Positions 43,156 through 52,049 of a stretch of 64,000 bases of DNA are shown here, piece by piece. This stretch comes from a virus, in IMG/VR virus record IMGVR_UViG_3300045960_000114, positions 121,266 through 185,265 of that record; one strand, written 5' to 3'. A program made the position numbers and the translations under genes. The notes below the pieces were generated by a model, which worked only from the letters and a program-made list of their open reading frames with translations, was not told the DNA's origin and made no database searches. Numbering within the stretch: the first letter of the stretch is position 1; each line of letters begins with the position of its first letter.

Positions 43156-44068
43156 GAAAGCGATTGAGGATCTGGCGCAGACCGAGAAGCCGCACATCCT
43201 GGTCATCGGTGATGTGATGCTGGACCGGTATTTGTTCTGCAACGTCACGGGTATCTCGCCTGAGGACGACCTCGCGCCGAAGCTGAAGGTGCAGTCGGAG
43301 ACATGGAAGCCCGGGGGTGCGGCTAATGTCTTTGAGAACTTGCGGGCCATGGGGGCGAACACAAGCCTCTTAGGCGTGGTTGGTGATGACGCGGAGGCGT
43401 TGGTACTTCGGCGGATATTGGATAGCGCTTCCTTGATCTCTGATCCTGAGCGCAGGACCACCACGAAGACTAGGGTCATCACGTCGCGTGGCCGGCATGT
43501 GTCACGGATCGATCGGGAGAATGTGTGGCGGATTGGTGGTCCCCTGCTACATGAGGCGATTTACATTTTGCGTGGCTGGCTGAAGGCGCACCCGGGTGGG
43601 ATTGTGGTGGTTTCGGATTACGACAAGGGGATGATCTGCCCGGAGCTCGTGGCTGATGTGGTGGCTTCCCAGCGTGCCTACCTGGTGGGCGCAAAGCAAA
43701 GTGATTTCAGCTACTACGGGCCAGCGAAGGCCATACTCTGTAACGAGTTTGAACATTCGCGGAGGACCGTCGAGGGCAAGGCTGACGTGCTCGTCGTGAC
43801 ACATGGCGCCAAGGGCTGTTGGATCATGCGGAATGACGCGGCGCAGGGAATGGTCAAGATTGAGACCAATCCGCGAGAGGTAGGGGATCCCACTGGTTGC
43901 GGCGACGCATTCCTGGCTGCCTTCTCCTTTGCGTTTGCCTCAGGCTGGTCGATCGATGACGCTGCCAGACTGGGTAATGCTGCCGGGGCGATCACGTACG
44001 ATCATGTTGGAGTGCACAGCGTAACCCTTTTGGAGCTGAAGCATGAGCTCGAACGGTTTGACTACTGA
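43148..44068 (+). CDS. PfkB-family heptose-7-phosphate kinase (HldE/RfaE domain I-like), stand-alone
   Basis: ILVIGDVMLDRY...GISPE, PGGAANV, VVVSDYDKG, VGDPTGCGDAF. Confidence 0.85.
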   Translation: MIKKAIEDLAQTEKPHILVIGDVMLDRYLFCNVTGISPEDDLAPKLKVQSETWKPGGAANVFENLRAMGANTSLLGVVGDDAEALVLRRILDSASLISDPERRTTTKTRVITSRGRHVSRIDRENVWRIGGPLLHEAIYILRGWLKAHPGGIVVVSDYDKGMICPELVADVVASQRAYLVGAKQSDFSYYGPAKAILCNEFEHSRRTVEGKADVLVVTHGAKGCWIMRNDAAQGMVKIETNPREVGDPTGCGDAFLAAFSFAFASGWSIDDAARLGNAAGAITYDHVGVHSVTLLELKHELERFDY

Positions 44069-44167
44069 GTTAATCAACGACTACGTTCGGGCGCGCATCC
44101 GGGAGGCTCCCTTACTGCTCGGATTGTTACGCTGATTTTTGCCGTAGGCACAGTTAGGAGTCGAATC

Positions 44168-44533
44168 ATGGATCAACCGAACCCGATGGAAGCGAATACC
44201 GCCGTATGCGTGCGGACGCTGGAGGAGATGGGTCGGCGCCTTAATGAGTTGAGGGGGGATGTTAATAAGGCGACTGACGGTCAGATGTTCAGTCTGCTAC
44301 AGGATATTTCGATGTCCGGTGTGGAACTGGATGATCCACACCTGCCGTACGTGACCGTGCAGATCGACCGACACACTTGGCAGAGGTTACAGGGGTATAA
44401 ACCGGGAGAGCCGGAATGTGACGATGCGTACGAATGTTTCGAGTGCGGAAGTCCGATCGTAAACAACACGTGTGCGTACTGTGAGTCGGAGGAGAAGGTG
44501 GAACAGGAGAAGAGGAGGAAGTCATGCGAGTAA
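44168..44533 (+). CDS. Hypothetical protein with Zn ribbon
   Basis: CFEC...CAYC. Confidence 0.6.
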   Translation: MDQPNPMEANTAVCVRTLEEMGRRLNELRGDVNKATDGQMFSLLQDISMSGVELDDPHLPYVTVQIDRHTWQRLQGYKPGEPECDDAYECFECGSPIVNNTCAYCESEEKVEQEKRRKSCE

Positions 44534-44808
44534 CAGTGGGGATCGTCTCAACGACGGAGGTCGATGAGATCACGGTGGCGGACAACACCATCAAGGTCAA
44601 GCCGCTCTTCTACGGCAATGGCCGTGAGGGTATGGTGTTCGTTCTCAAGTCGTTCAGGGAAGACGGAACGCTTCTGAGCGCGCAGCTCGTCCGCGTGGAT
44701 GGCCGCTCCGGGAAGCTGTCGGTGGTCGACCGCACGCGGCCTGTGGCGCCCGCGTTGGAGCGCCCGCCTGTCGAGAAAAAGAAGAAGCCTGTCGTACAGG
44801 CCAAGTGA
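44524..44808 (+). CDS. Hypothetical beta-rich protein
   Basis: GAGGAGG RBS. Confidence 0.65.
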   Translation: MRVTVGIVSTTEVDEITVADNTIKVKPLFYGNGREGMVFVLKSFREDGTLLSAQLVRVDGRSGKLSVVDRTRPVAPALERPPVEKKKKPVVQAK

Positions 44809-44816
44809 GGTGAGTG

Positions 44817-45104
44817 ATGGCAGAAGCCAAGCAGTTCAGCGCGGTCATAGTGCCGCATTCATCTGACGTGCCCCCGGCTTGCATCAATTCCACGGACGAG
44901 GCTGCCTTCTTTGAAGAGGTCAGCAAGCGGATGGCGGAGGTGCGTAAGGGCTGGTGTTTCCCCATGGTTAATGGTGTGAAGTGTGAGATCTCGGCGTCGA
45001 GGGTCGTCTTCGACGTTAAGTTCCCTGACGGGACGATCCGCACATTCGGCAGTTCTGCTGCTGCGGCCTTCACGGCAGATGGTTCTTTCGTCATTCCACA
45101 GTAG
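44817..45104 (+). CDS. Hypothetical protein
   Basis: GAGGTG RBS. Confidence 0.65.
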   Translation: MAEAKQFSAVIVPHSSDVPPACINSTDEAAFFEEVSKRMAEVRKGWCFPMVNGVKCEISASRVVFDVKFPDGTIRTFGSSAAAAFTADGSFVIPQ

Positions 45105-45124
45105 TAAACCCGGTACCTTAAACA

Positions 45125-45135
45125 CGTTAGAATAG
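45125..45135 (+). promoter_or_regulatory. Candidate promoter motif ACGTTAGAATA
   Basis: Fourth intergenic copy of CGTTAG[A/C]ATA. Confidence 0.35.
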
Positions 45136-45146
45136 ATTGTGACGTG

Positions 45147-45177
45147 GCTTGCTGCGCGCGCAGCAAGCCTTTTTTTA
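45147..45177 (+). terminator. Rho-independent terminator
   Basis: GGCTTGCTGC / GCAGCAAGCC plus T7. Confidence 0.85.
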
Positions 45178-45209
45178 TGTCCCGGTATTAACCGGGGCAT
45201 TGGGGACGG

Positions 45210-46475
45210 ATGTGGGGGAAGGAGAGACAGAAGATGGATCACAGGCGGAGTGCGTGCAAGTTGGCGGAGACGATGGGGAGCCAGGTTGCCCTGGTGGCGT
45301 GGATCCCCAAGGGGCGTGTGATGGAGCACGTTCCGGACGACAAGGACATCTGGGTCAAAGCGAGCCAGGTCCAGATGTTGTTGGTGAAGAATGGCAACCG
45401 GGAGTTCGTTTACTCCCACCGGAGCGTGCTCGGCGAGAAGCGCGCGAAGCCGAACCTCGTGAACCTGAATGCGGGACATGCCAAGGACGGCGTGTTCCAT
45501 CTTGGGGGATCAGGGCCGTGGTACGTCGATTCGCGGGGCGCCATCTCGGCGTCACCTGGTCGTGGCAAACGGCTGGAGGGTGCGGTGGTCGATCTCAGGG
45601 AAGGCGGCAGTCGTTCCAGGCTTGCGTATCAGAGCTGGAACGGCGAGCACGTCAACCTCGTCAACTGGGCGTATCAAGCGCTCAAGTTGATGGTCCAGAA
45701 CGGGAAGATGGCCTCCATACCGGACGACGAGATCGATGCTCCGCTGCTCTATGCGGGATGCAGTGGAAAGACCTTCCTTACTGTCAGGGAAGGCAACGAC
45801 GAAGCGATTACTCACCGCATCAACCTGCGGCGGTATGATCTACCCGGCGTGAGCGATCTGTCCTCGGCGGAAAACGGGTTCATCACCTTCGACTTCAAAA
45901 CCGGAGGCTACCTGTTCGAACCTGCCGATAAGGATTCCGAGCCGTACACGATCGAGAATCCCCACCTGAAGGTGCAGCATGCGCTCCAGGCGGCATTCGG
46001 GACTGACAACCCCGTGGATCTTCATCCGCTTTTCCCCAAGGCGAAGAAGAAGATCGTCGTACAGGATCAGGCACTGTGGTCCCCGCTGAAGGAACAGGCA
46101 GTAACCACGGGTAGGTCCACGAAGGACGAGCTCTCTGCAATGGAGGGCTACGAGGTGGCCAAGCAACTGGTCATCATGGGTGCCGGTGTGCGTCACGGTT
46201 CCCATACATACGTGCCTATGGAGTTTGCCTACTCCGATGATGTCTGGGTCCGGTTCCAAGCCGGTACCAGGCTGGTTAAGTTCATTCATAACAACCCGCG
46301 CGGGCTGAAGTCTTATGGTCCCACGCACAGCGTCGACATCTGCGATACCCCCATCCGGGCGCAAATGTGGAAGGATCGGCAAGCCCGGATGAAGAAGGAG
46401 GCCGGGGATAAGGTCAAGTCGAAGGCGCCGGGGACGGCCCCTAAGCTGGCTGCATTCACGGCAGCAGCGCTGTAA
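45210..46475 (+). CDS. Hypothetical protein
   Basis: 421-aa ORF; no recognisable motif. Confidence 0.75.
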   Translation: MWGKERQKMDHRRSACKLAETMGSQVALVAWIPKGRVMEHVPDDKDIWVKASQVQMLLVKNGNREFVYSHRSVLGEKRAKPNLVNLNAGHAKDGVFHLGGSGPWYVDSRGAISASPGRGKRLEGAVVDLREGGSRSRLAYQSWNGEHVNLVNWAYQALKLMVQNGKMASIPDDEIDAPLLYAGCSGKTFLTVREGNDEAITHRINLRRYDLPGVSDLSSAENGFITFDFKTGGYLFEPADKDSEPYTIENPHLKVQHALQAAFGTDNPVDLHPLFPKAKKKIVVQDQALWSPLKEQAVTTGRSTKDELSAMEGYEVAKQLVIMGAGVRHGSHTYVPMEFAYSDDVWVRFQAGTRLVKFIHNNPRGLKSYGPTHSVDICDTPIRAQMWKDRQARMKKEAGDKVKSKAPGTAPKLAAFTAAAL

Positions 46476-46489
46476 AAGAATTCACCGCG

Positions 46490-46516
46490 CCGGCGGCCCC
46501 GTGCTGGGGCCGCCGG
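46490..46516 (+). terminator. GC-rich hairpin, probable terminator
   Basis: CCGGCGGCCCC / GGGGCCGCCGG 11-bp stem with a T-rich tract shortly downstream. Confidence 0.6.
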
Positions 46517-46572
46517 TCGTGGTTGATTTTCTTTTGCTATCGGCTAGATTGAATGTCAGGGAGGAACCTGCG

Positions 46573-47394
46573 ATGGCCAAAGAGACGCGTTACAACGCTT
46601 ACGACGACGGAATGAAGACTGATCACCACATGGAGGGTACAGTCATACCTAAGGCCGCTTCGCGCGGATATTGGGATAGCAAGACGCTTCCGCAGATTAA
46701 GGCTGACACGGTCGGTGCTGACATCGACGTGCAGCAGCCACTGGCACAGAACCTGGTCGAGGTCATGGAAGATGGGTCGGTAAGGACTGTCCATCTCACG
46801 CAGGAAGACGTCAAGAAGCTCGTGGAGGCCAATCGTGTGAAAGGAAAGGACGTTCTGTCAGACCACCCGCCAGTTGCCATTACGTACGACCAGATCATGC
46901 CACCGAAGCCGCTGCCGGGCACCGTCAAGATGGCTGAGCCGGCTCAGCCAATTCAGCCGGCTCAACCGTCCATACCGGTATTTCGAACTATGCCGATCGA
47001 TCAAATCCCCCCGATGGCAGTGCCACCGGATGTGGCTGCCTACGCGGCTACTGGATCCCTGGTTCCGCCTGTCCCCGGGTACACGCAGCCGAAACCGCGC
47101 AAGAAGATTCAGTTCGTTGGTGAGTTCGGCTCGATCACCTACCATTACGAAGACGTGCACATCTACAACATCTACTTCATCATGGTGCAGCATTCCCGCG
47201 AGCGGGAGTTCTTCGAGGCGCCTTCGGGCGAGAAGCCGGTCGTCATAAACTTCGGGTCGGCTAGGTACATTTGCTACCCTGGCCCCCAGTTCCCCTTAAT
47301 TCCCAATGGCGAACTGTTCGTGACCGTGTATCTTATTGACGAGGAAGCAACCTCGCAGTTGAATGGCCAGCGGGGCAACGATGGAAAAGCGTAA
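46573..47394 (+). CDS. Hypothetical protein with Pro-rich linker
   Basis: GGGAGG RBS; PAQPIQPAQPS linker. Confidence 0.7.
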   Translation: MAKETRYNAYDDGMKTDHHMEGTVIPKAASRGYWDSKTLPQIKADTVGADIDVQQPLAQNLVEVMEDGSVRTVHLTQEDVKKLVEANRVKGKDVLSDHPPVAITYDQIMPPKPLPGTVKMAEPAQPIQPAQPSIPVFRTMPIDQIPPMAVPPDVAAYAATGSLVPPVPGYTQPKPRKKIQFVGEFGSITYHYEDVHIYNIYFIMVQHSREREFFEAPSGEKPVVINFGSARYICYPGPQFPLIPNGELFVTVYLIDEEATSQLNGQRGNDGKA

Positions 47395-47557
47395 TGTTGT
47401 TCAGCCCGGGCGTACACGTTGTGACTTCTGCTCGCTACCTGCGGTAGTGACGCGGAGAGGGAAGTCGCTGTGTGTGGATCACGACGGCACGAAGCGAGCT
47501 GTTGAGGACGCTACGTTGAAGTCCGCCCCTGAGCGGCTTTCTCGACACCACAAGTAG
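47381..47557 (+). CDS. Small Cys-containing protein
   Basis: RCDFC...LCVDH. Confidence 0.5.
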   Translation: MEKRNVVQPGRTRCDFCSLPAVVTRRGKSLCVDHDGTKRAVEDATLKSAPERLSRHHK

Positions 47558-47566
47558 GATCAAACA

Positions 47567-49465
47567 ATGGCCAGTTTTGACGCTACTGCATCATACCCGC
47601 CGTTCGGACCCACCATCCAAGGCTCAAGCACCACCAATCGTTTCCAGGGCGCGTTCCCCGATCCTTACCTCGATTACGCCTCAACTCAGATGCCTCGCAG
47701 CATCTATGACGTGCTGCGCTGGTGTGAGTTCGTCTGGATCACCACAGGCACGTACCGCATGGCTGCTCAGCGAGTCGTGCGCTACTTCCTCACTCAGATC
47801 GAACTGACTGACGCTGACGATACTGAGAAGAAGAAGTACCAGGATTTCTTGGAAGACGAAATTAATATGATGGAAGTCCTTGCTACGGCAGGGGATAACT
47901 ATATGTGCTACGGGCAGGACTTCATGTCGATCTCCGTACCGTTCAGGCGAAATATCCGCTGCCCGAAGTGTTCGCTCGAGCGTCCGCTGGAAAATGCCAA
48001 CTACTCGTTCGACAACTACGAATTTACGGCCAAGTGTCCTAAGTGCGATTTCCAGGGGAAGTTTGTTCGTGTCGACCGGCGATCGCTTGAAAGCGACCCG
48101 GTGCGTATCGTCCACTGGTCCCCATACGAGATGCGCATCCAATACTTCCCGATCTCCGGCGAGACTGCGTACTACTGGGAGATCCCCGGCTACTTCAAGA
48201 ACTACATCAAGACCGGGAACAAGTTCTACATCGAGAACACGCCGTGGGAAGTGATCGAGGCGATCAAAGAGAACAAGCTCTTCAAGTTTGGTAAGGACGT
48301 TATCTTCCATCTGCGTGACGAGCCGCTGGCCGGCATCCGTAACTTCGGCTGGGGCTTGCCGCTGATCATGTCCAACTTCAAGTTGGCATGGTACATCCAG
48401 GTGCTGCGCCGCTACAACGAAGCCATTGCGCTCGACTACATCATCCCATTCCGCGTCATGGTTCCGGTACCAGGCAGCTCGCGCGAGGCTGATCCAGTCC
48501 TCCACATCAACCTGCAACAGTTCTACTCCCGCGTCATGAGCATGTACAAGCAGCACCGCAAAGACCCCACGATGATCCATGCACTGCCTTTCCCCATCGA
48601 CATCAAGTCCATTGGCGGTGATGGCAAGAACCTCGCCCCATGGGAACTGATCGACAAGGCGACTGACGAGTTCCTGAATGCACAAGGCGTTCCTGCCGAG
48701 CTTTACCGTGGCACCCTGCAGGTCAATGCTGCGCCAGTAGCCATCCGTCTGTTTGAGCGGACGTGGGTCCACATGGTTGGCGGGTTCAACTCGTTCCTTA
48801 AGTGGTCGCTCAAGCGCATCTCCGATCTCCGCAACTGGGAACAGGTCAAGGCGCGGCTGCAGCCGGTCATGCTGGCCGACAGCCTCGAAGACCGCCAGAT
48901 GCGCGTGCAGCTGGCCCAGGCGCAGCAGATCAGCGCCCAGACGGCCTACGCGCCCTTTGGCATCAACATCAGGGACGAGATCAGGAAGCAGATGGAGGAG
49001 GAGAAGTTCCGGCAGGAGGAGATGGCCAAGTTCCAGGAAGACCAGGCGAAGAAGCAGGAGCTGGAAGACAAGATGCAGGCTGGCGCGCAAGGCCAGCTTC
49101 CGTACGCGGCCCCAGGCATGCCAATGCCGCCCGGGGGTGGCATGCCGCCCGGTGGCGGCGGGATGCCGCCTGGTGGCGGGATGCCGCCCGGAATGCCGCC
49201 CGGCGGTGGCATGCCCATGGGTGGCGGCGGTGGTGGAGGCGGCGTGACACCGGCTGACATGACCTCGCAGGCCGAGCAGATCGCTTACCAGATGCTGGGG
49301 ATGCCTGCCGAGCTGCGGCGCAGCGAGCTGCTGAAGCTGAAGAAGTCGGATGAGACGCTGCATGCCATCGTCATCTCCAAGATGAACAAGATCAGGCAGG
49401 ATGCTCAAACGCAGGGAGGCTACCAGATGCTCCAGCAGCAGGTTGCTGGCGGTGGTCAGATGTGA
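47567..49465 (+). CDS. Putative portal protein with Zn-ribbon insert and Gly/Met/Pro-rich tail
   Basis: 632 aa, helical, at the head of the structural block; coiled coil then GGMPP repeats; two CPKC motifs. Portal call rests on size, context and general resemblance only. Confidence 0.5.
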   Translation: MASFDATASYPPFGPTIQGSSTTNRFQGAFPDPYLDYASTQMPRSIYDVLRWCEFVWITTGTYRMAAQRVVRYFLTQIELTDADDTEKKKYQDFLEDEINMMEVLATAGDNYMCYGQDFMSISVPFRRNIRCPKCSLERPLENANYSFDNYEFTAKCPKCDFQGKFVRVDRRSLESDPVRIVHWSPYEMRIQYFPISGETAYYWEIPGYFKNYIKTGNKFYIENTPWEVIEAIKENKLFKFGKDVIFHLRDEPLAGIRNFGWGLPLIMSNFKLAWYIQVLRRYNEAIALDYIIPFRVMVPVPGSSREADPVLHINLQQFYSRVMSMYKQHRKDPTMIHALPFPIDIKSIGGDGKNLAPWELIDKATDEFLNAQGVPAELYRGTLQVNAAPVAIRLFERTWVHMVGGFNSFLKWSLKRISDLRNWEQVKARLQPVMLADSLEDRQMRVQLAQAQQISAQTAYAPFGINIRDEIRKQMEEEKFRQEEMAKFQEDQAKKQELEDKMQAGAQGQLPYAAPGMPMPPGGGMPPGGGGMPPGGGMPPGMPPGGGMPMGGGGGGGGVTPADMTSQAEQIAYQMLGMPAELRRSELLKLKKSDETLHAIVISKMNKIRQDAQTQGGYQMLQQQVAGGGQM

Positions 49466-49488
49466 TTCTGTTAGGTCCTTGCAGAATC
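49464..49488. promoter_or_regulatory. 25-bp palindromic site (copy 4 of 4)
   Basis: GATTCTGTTAGGTCCTTGCAGAATC: 12-1-12 near-perfect palindrome overlapping the portal stop. Confidence 0.55.
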
Positions 49489-49579
49489 AGTCTACCTAAA
49501 GAGGGGGTGCAAGGATAGCCAGCTGACGGTATACTTTGAGTAGGTAGACACCTGGGTTTGACAAGGAGAGGCTACTTAG

Positions 49580-49846
49580 ATGCAGATTTCTCTAAGCGAC
49601 CTTCTGACCATCGCTGCTCTGTTAGTTGGTATCTTCGGCGCGCTGCTTGGAACAGTGTGGGCAATGCTGAACGGTAAGATAAACCGGATGCAGCAAGAGC
49701 TCGACATGGCGAGGTCGGAGATTAAGGAATTTCATAAGGTTGAAATTACCGTCGCGGAATTCGGGGCAGTCTACATTCCACGTGAGGAGGCTGACCGCAG
49801 GTTCGCGGAAGTCTTCACCCGTGTGAATGATTTGAGAGGAGGATAG
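49580..49846 (+). CDS. Membrane-anchored coiled-coil protein (holin-like topology)
   Basis: N-terminal TM helix (LLTIAALLVGIFGALLGTVW) plus coiled coil. Confidence 0.55.
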   Translation: MQISLSDLLTIAALLVGIFGALLGTVWAMLNGKINRMQQELDMARSEIKEFHKVEITVAEFGAVYIPREEADRRFAEVFTRVNDLRGG

Positions 49847-49849
49847 ATC

Positions 49850-50218
49850 GTGCGGATCCTCTTGGTCGAGTCCAACTCTGTGTTGGCTGGCCATCTCGTT
49901 ACCACTTTGAGTAGACATTTACTTGGCGTCGAGATTGACCACGCGCGGAACCCCATGATCCTGATGGATTACCTCAGAAATAACTCGTACGACCTGATCC
50001 TGGCTGACGTGGATAGCATGGTCGGGAGCAAAATGGTCCTTCGCGAGTTGAACAACGTGGACAGCGTAGTGATCGTTTGGACATTCGCAAACCGGATTGA
50101 CGCGCTGCGCAAGCTGGCCGGATCCAAGGTCAGGGTGATACCAAAGATGGTTTCTAACGAGGAGATTGAGGAAGTCGCAGACATACTGCGTTCCACAGTC
50201 TGCCCTCAGGCGGTGTAA
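49850..50218 (+). CDS. Stand-alone response-regulator receiver (REC) domain
   Basis: MRILLVES, YDLILAD (phosphoacceptor Asp), VIVWT, VIPK. Confidence 0.75.
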   Translation: MRILLVESNSVLAGHLVTTLSRHLLGVEIDHARNPMILMDYLRNNSYDLILADVDSMVGSKMVLRELNNVDSVVIVWTFANRIDALRKLAGSKVRVIPKMVSNEEIEEVADILRSTVCPQAV

Positions 50219-50220
50219 CC

Positions 50221-51018
50221 ATGAGCATTCAATCTGAGATAGCAGCCATTGGTGGTAATACCTGGGCTTCCAGTAAGATACTAGCCATCTGGCCTTGGCC
50301 GGCAGTTATGGTCGGCGAGTACGAGTACAAGTTCACCGAGGATGACTACCGCGCTTTCACGGCGCTGCTGAAGCCGGGTGACATCCTGCTGTCACAGACG
50401 TACCCAGCCAAGCTGTCAAATTTCTTCATTGGTAAGACAGTCTTCAAGCATGGTGCCGTCTACACGGGTGACGTGAAGGGTATTAAGAACCGGGAGCACG
50501 GGTTCATCGACAGGCCGACATCACTCGGTGTTGACCATCTGCACGGCTGCACGCGAGACAAGGGCATCTACACGAGAACGATCACCCATGCCATCAGCGA
50601 GGGCGTCGTTTGCCAGGACATCCTGCGGTTGACCAAGCATGCTGACTACGTGATTGCTGTCAGGCCGTGGAAATCGGCTTACCAGCAGCAAGTGATTGTG
50701 GACTATGCGCTCAAGCAGGTAGGCTTGGGCTACAACTTTGATTTCACTCCTTCGGGTCCGAAGGAGTTTTATTGCACGGAGCTGTGTGTTGCGGCCATCA
50801 GGGCTGCGGATCTACCACTTCCAGCTACCACCAAGAAGGGCGTGTCACTGTTCAAGCCGTGGGTCAAGGCTGACGTCACGCTCTCAGATTCGATACTCCT
50901 CAAGTACGCTCCGGTTTGTTGCTCTGTGTCCTGCTTGGACCCGAAGTTCTACAAGAAGAGCATGTTTGGTGATGGGGTCCGGATGAAGATTGTGGGGGCG
51001 GATAATGCTGAGTCTTAA
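50221..51018 (+). CDS. Permuted papain-like amidase (YiiX/YaeF, NlpC/P60)
   Basis: LKPGDILL, FKHGAVY (His), HAISEGV, GLGYNFDF, EFYCTEL (Cys). Confidence 0.85.
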   Translation: MSIQSEIAAIGGNTWASSKILAIWPWPAVMVGEYEYKFTEDDYRAFTALLKPGDILLSQTYPAKLSNFFIGKTVFKHGAVYTGDVKGIKNREHGFIDRPTSLGVDHLHGCTRDKGIYTRTITHAISEGVVCQDILRLTKHADYVIAVRPWKSAYQQQVIVDYALKQVGLGYNFDFTPSGPKEFYCTELCVAAIRAADLPLPATTKKGVSLFKPWVKADVTLSDSILLKYAPVCCSVSCLDPKFYKKSMFGDGVRMKIVGADNAES

Positions 51019-51220
51019 GGAGCTGTTAATCAAGTTGGCCAAGGATTCTCCGGCGCGCCCGGACAAGGCCATCGTGCGGGATCACAAACCTTCCATTTCC
51101 AAGAGCCCTATCAAGCCCACGAGCGCGTTCATTCCCCCGTTGAACGCCCGAATTGGCCGTCGGATCCCTGGAAGGTGGGGGAAGAGTGCGGAGTACCTGA
51201 TGGCGTCGGCGCTGAAGTAG
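51005..51220 (+). CDS. Small basic hypothetical protein
   Basis: ATG overlapping the previous gene. Confidence 0.55.
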   Translation: MLSLKELLIKLAKDSPARPDKAIVRDHKPSISKSPIKPTSAFIPPLNARIGRRIPGRWGKSAEYLMASALK

Positions 51221-51233
51221 GTGGAGAGCATGG

Positions 51234-52049
51234 ATGCTGGAACCCATAGTCGCCGGACCCTGGATCGGGGAGTTTGGCTGGGAACTCATGTCTTGGCAGG
51301 GGGCATTACGTAAACTCGCCGAGTCGAGGTCTGTGATCGTTTGTTGTCCGCGTGGGCACGGTGATCTGTACAAAGACTTTGCCAGCCGCGTTATTGAGCA
51401 TGACATTGATATACGTCGGCCTGATTGTTGGCGCGGAACCATTGTTGACCGCGTTGCAGCCAACGAGTTGATAGGGGAATTGGCTGTCCTCGGCAAGCTG
51501 TTAAACCCATCGGGGCTCATTCCTGTTGAAGTGCAGAAGTTCATAAAGTACGGAACGCCTGACCGTACCCCTGAGAACCGTTTCGACGTTATTATCCACG
51601 CGCGGGCACCCATCAACGACCCGAGGCGCGCGTGGCCGACCGACAAGTGGGAGAAGCTCACGGAAATACTGATGGACAATGAACTTAAAATGGCGTCCAT
51701 TGGTACGCAGGCGTACTACCCCAAGATCACTGCAGACCTTCGCAACATACCGTTGGGTGAAACCATGGATCTGATGGCTGGCGCCACTATGGTCATTGGT
51801 CCGTCCAGTGGGCCAATGCATCTCGCCAGCCTATGTGGGACTCCACATGTCGTGTGGACGGACGACAAGTTATGGTCGGCGGCTAAGATGACCAACAGAA
51901 CTCGGTACGAAAAGGCATGGAACCCTCTGCATACGCCATGTAAAGTGTTGGATGCGGACGGTTGGGATCCACCGGTTGAAGTTGTCGCAAGTCATGTTCT
52001 GCAGGGGATAAAGGAATGGTCGAACAGGCTGAAACCACCACAGCCGTGA
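51234..52049 (+). CDS. GT9-like (heptosyltransferase-family) glycosyltransferase
   Basis: GEFGWEL; IIHAR...RRAWPTDKWEKL; DLRNIPLGETMDLMAGATMVIGPSSGPMHLASLCGTP. Confidence 0.8.
   Translation: MLEPIVAGPWIGEFGWELMSWQGALRKLAESRSVIVCCPRGHGDLYKDFASRVIEHDIDIRRPDCWRGTIVDRVAANELIGELAVLGKLLNPSGLIPVEVQKFIKYGTPDRTPENRFDVIIHARAPINDPRRAWPTDKWEKLTEILMDNELKMASIGTQAYYPKITADLRNIPLGETMDLMAGATMVIGPSSGPMHLASLCGTPHVVWTDDKLWSAAKMTNRTRYEKAWNPLHTPCKVLDADGWDPPVEVVASHVLQGIKEWSNRLKPPQP

Noticed and set aside
49120-49250. GGC/CCG-rich DNA repeat
   Set aside because: It simply encodes the GGMPP tail of the putative portal.
47681-49408. 575-aa minus-strand ORF (and similar long antisense ORFs such as 37840-39135 and 21700-22668)
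   Set aside because: These shadow well-supported + strand genes. GC-rich codon bias leaves antisense frames open, and they have no RBS or motifs.
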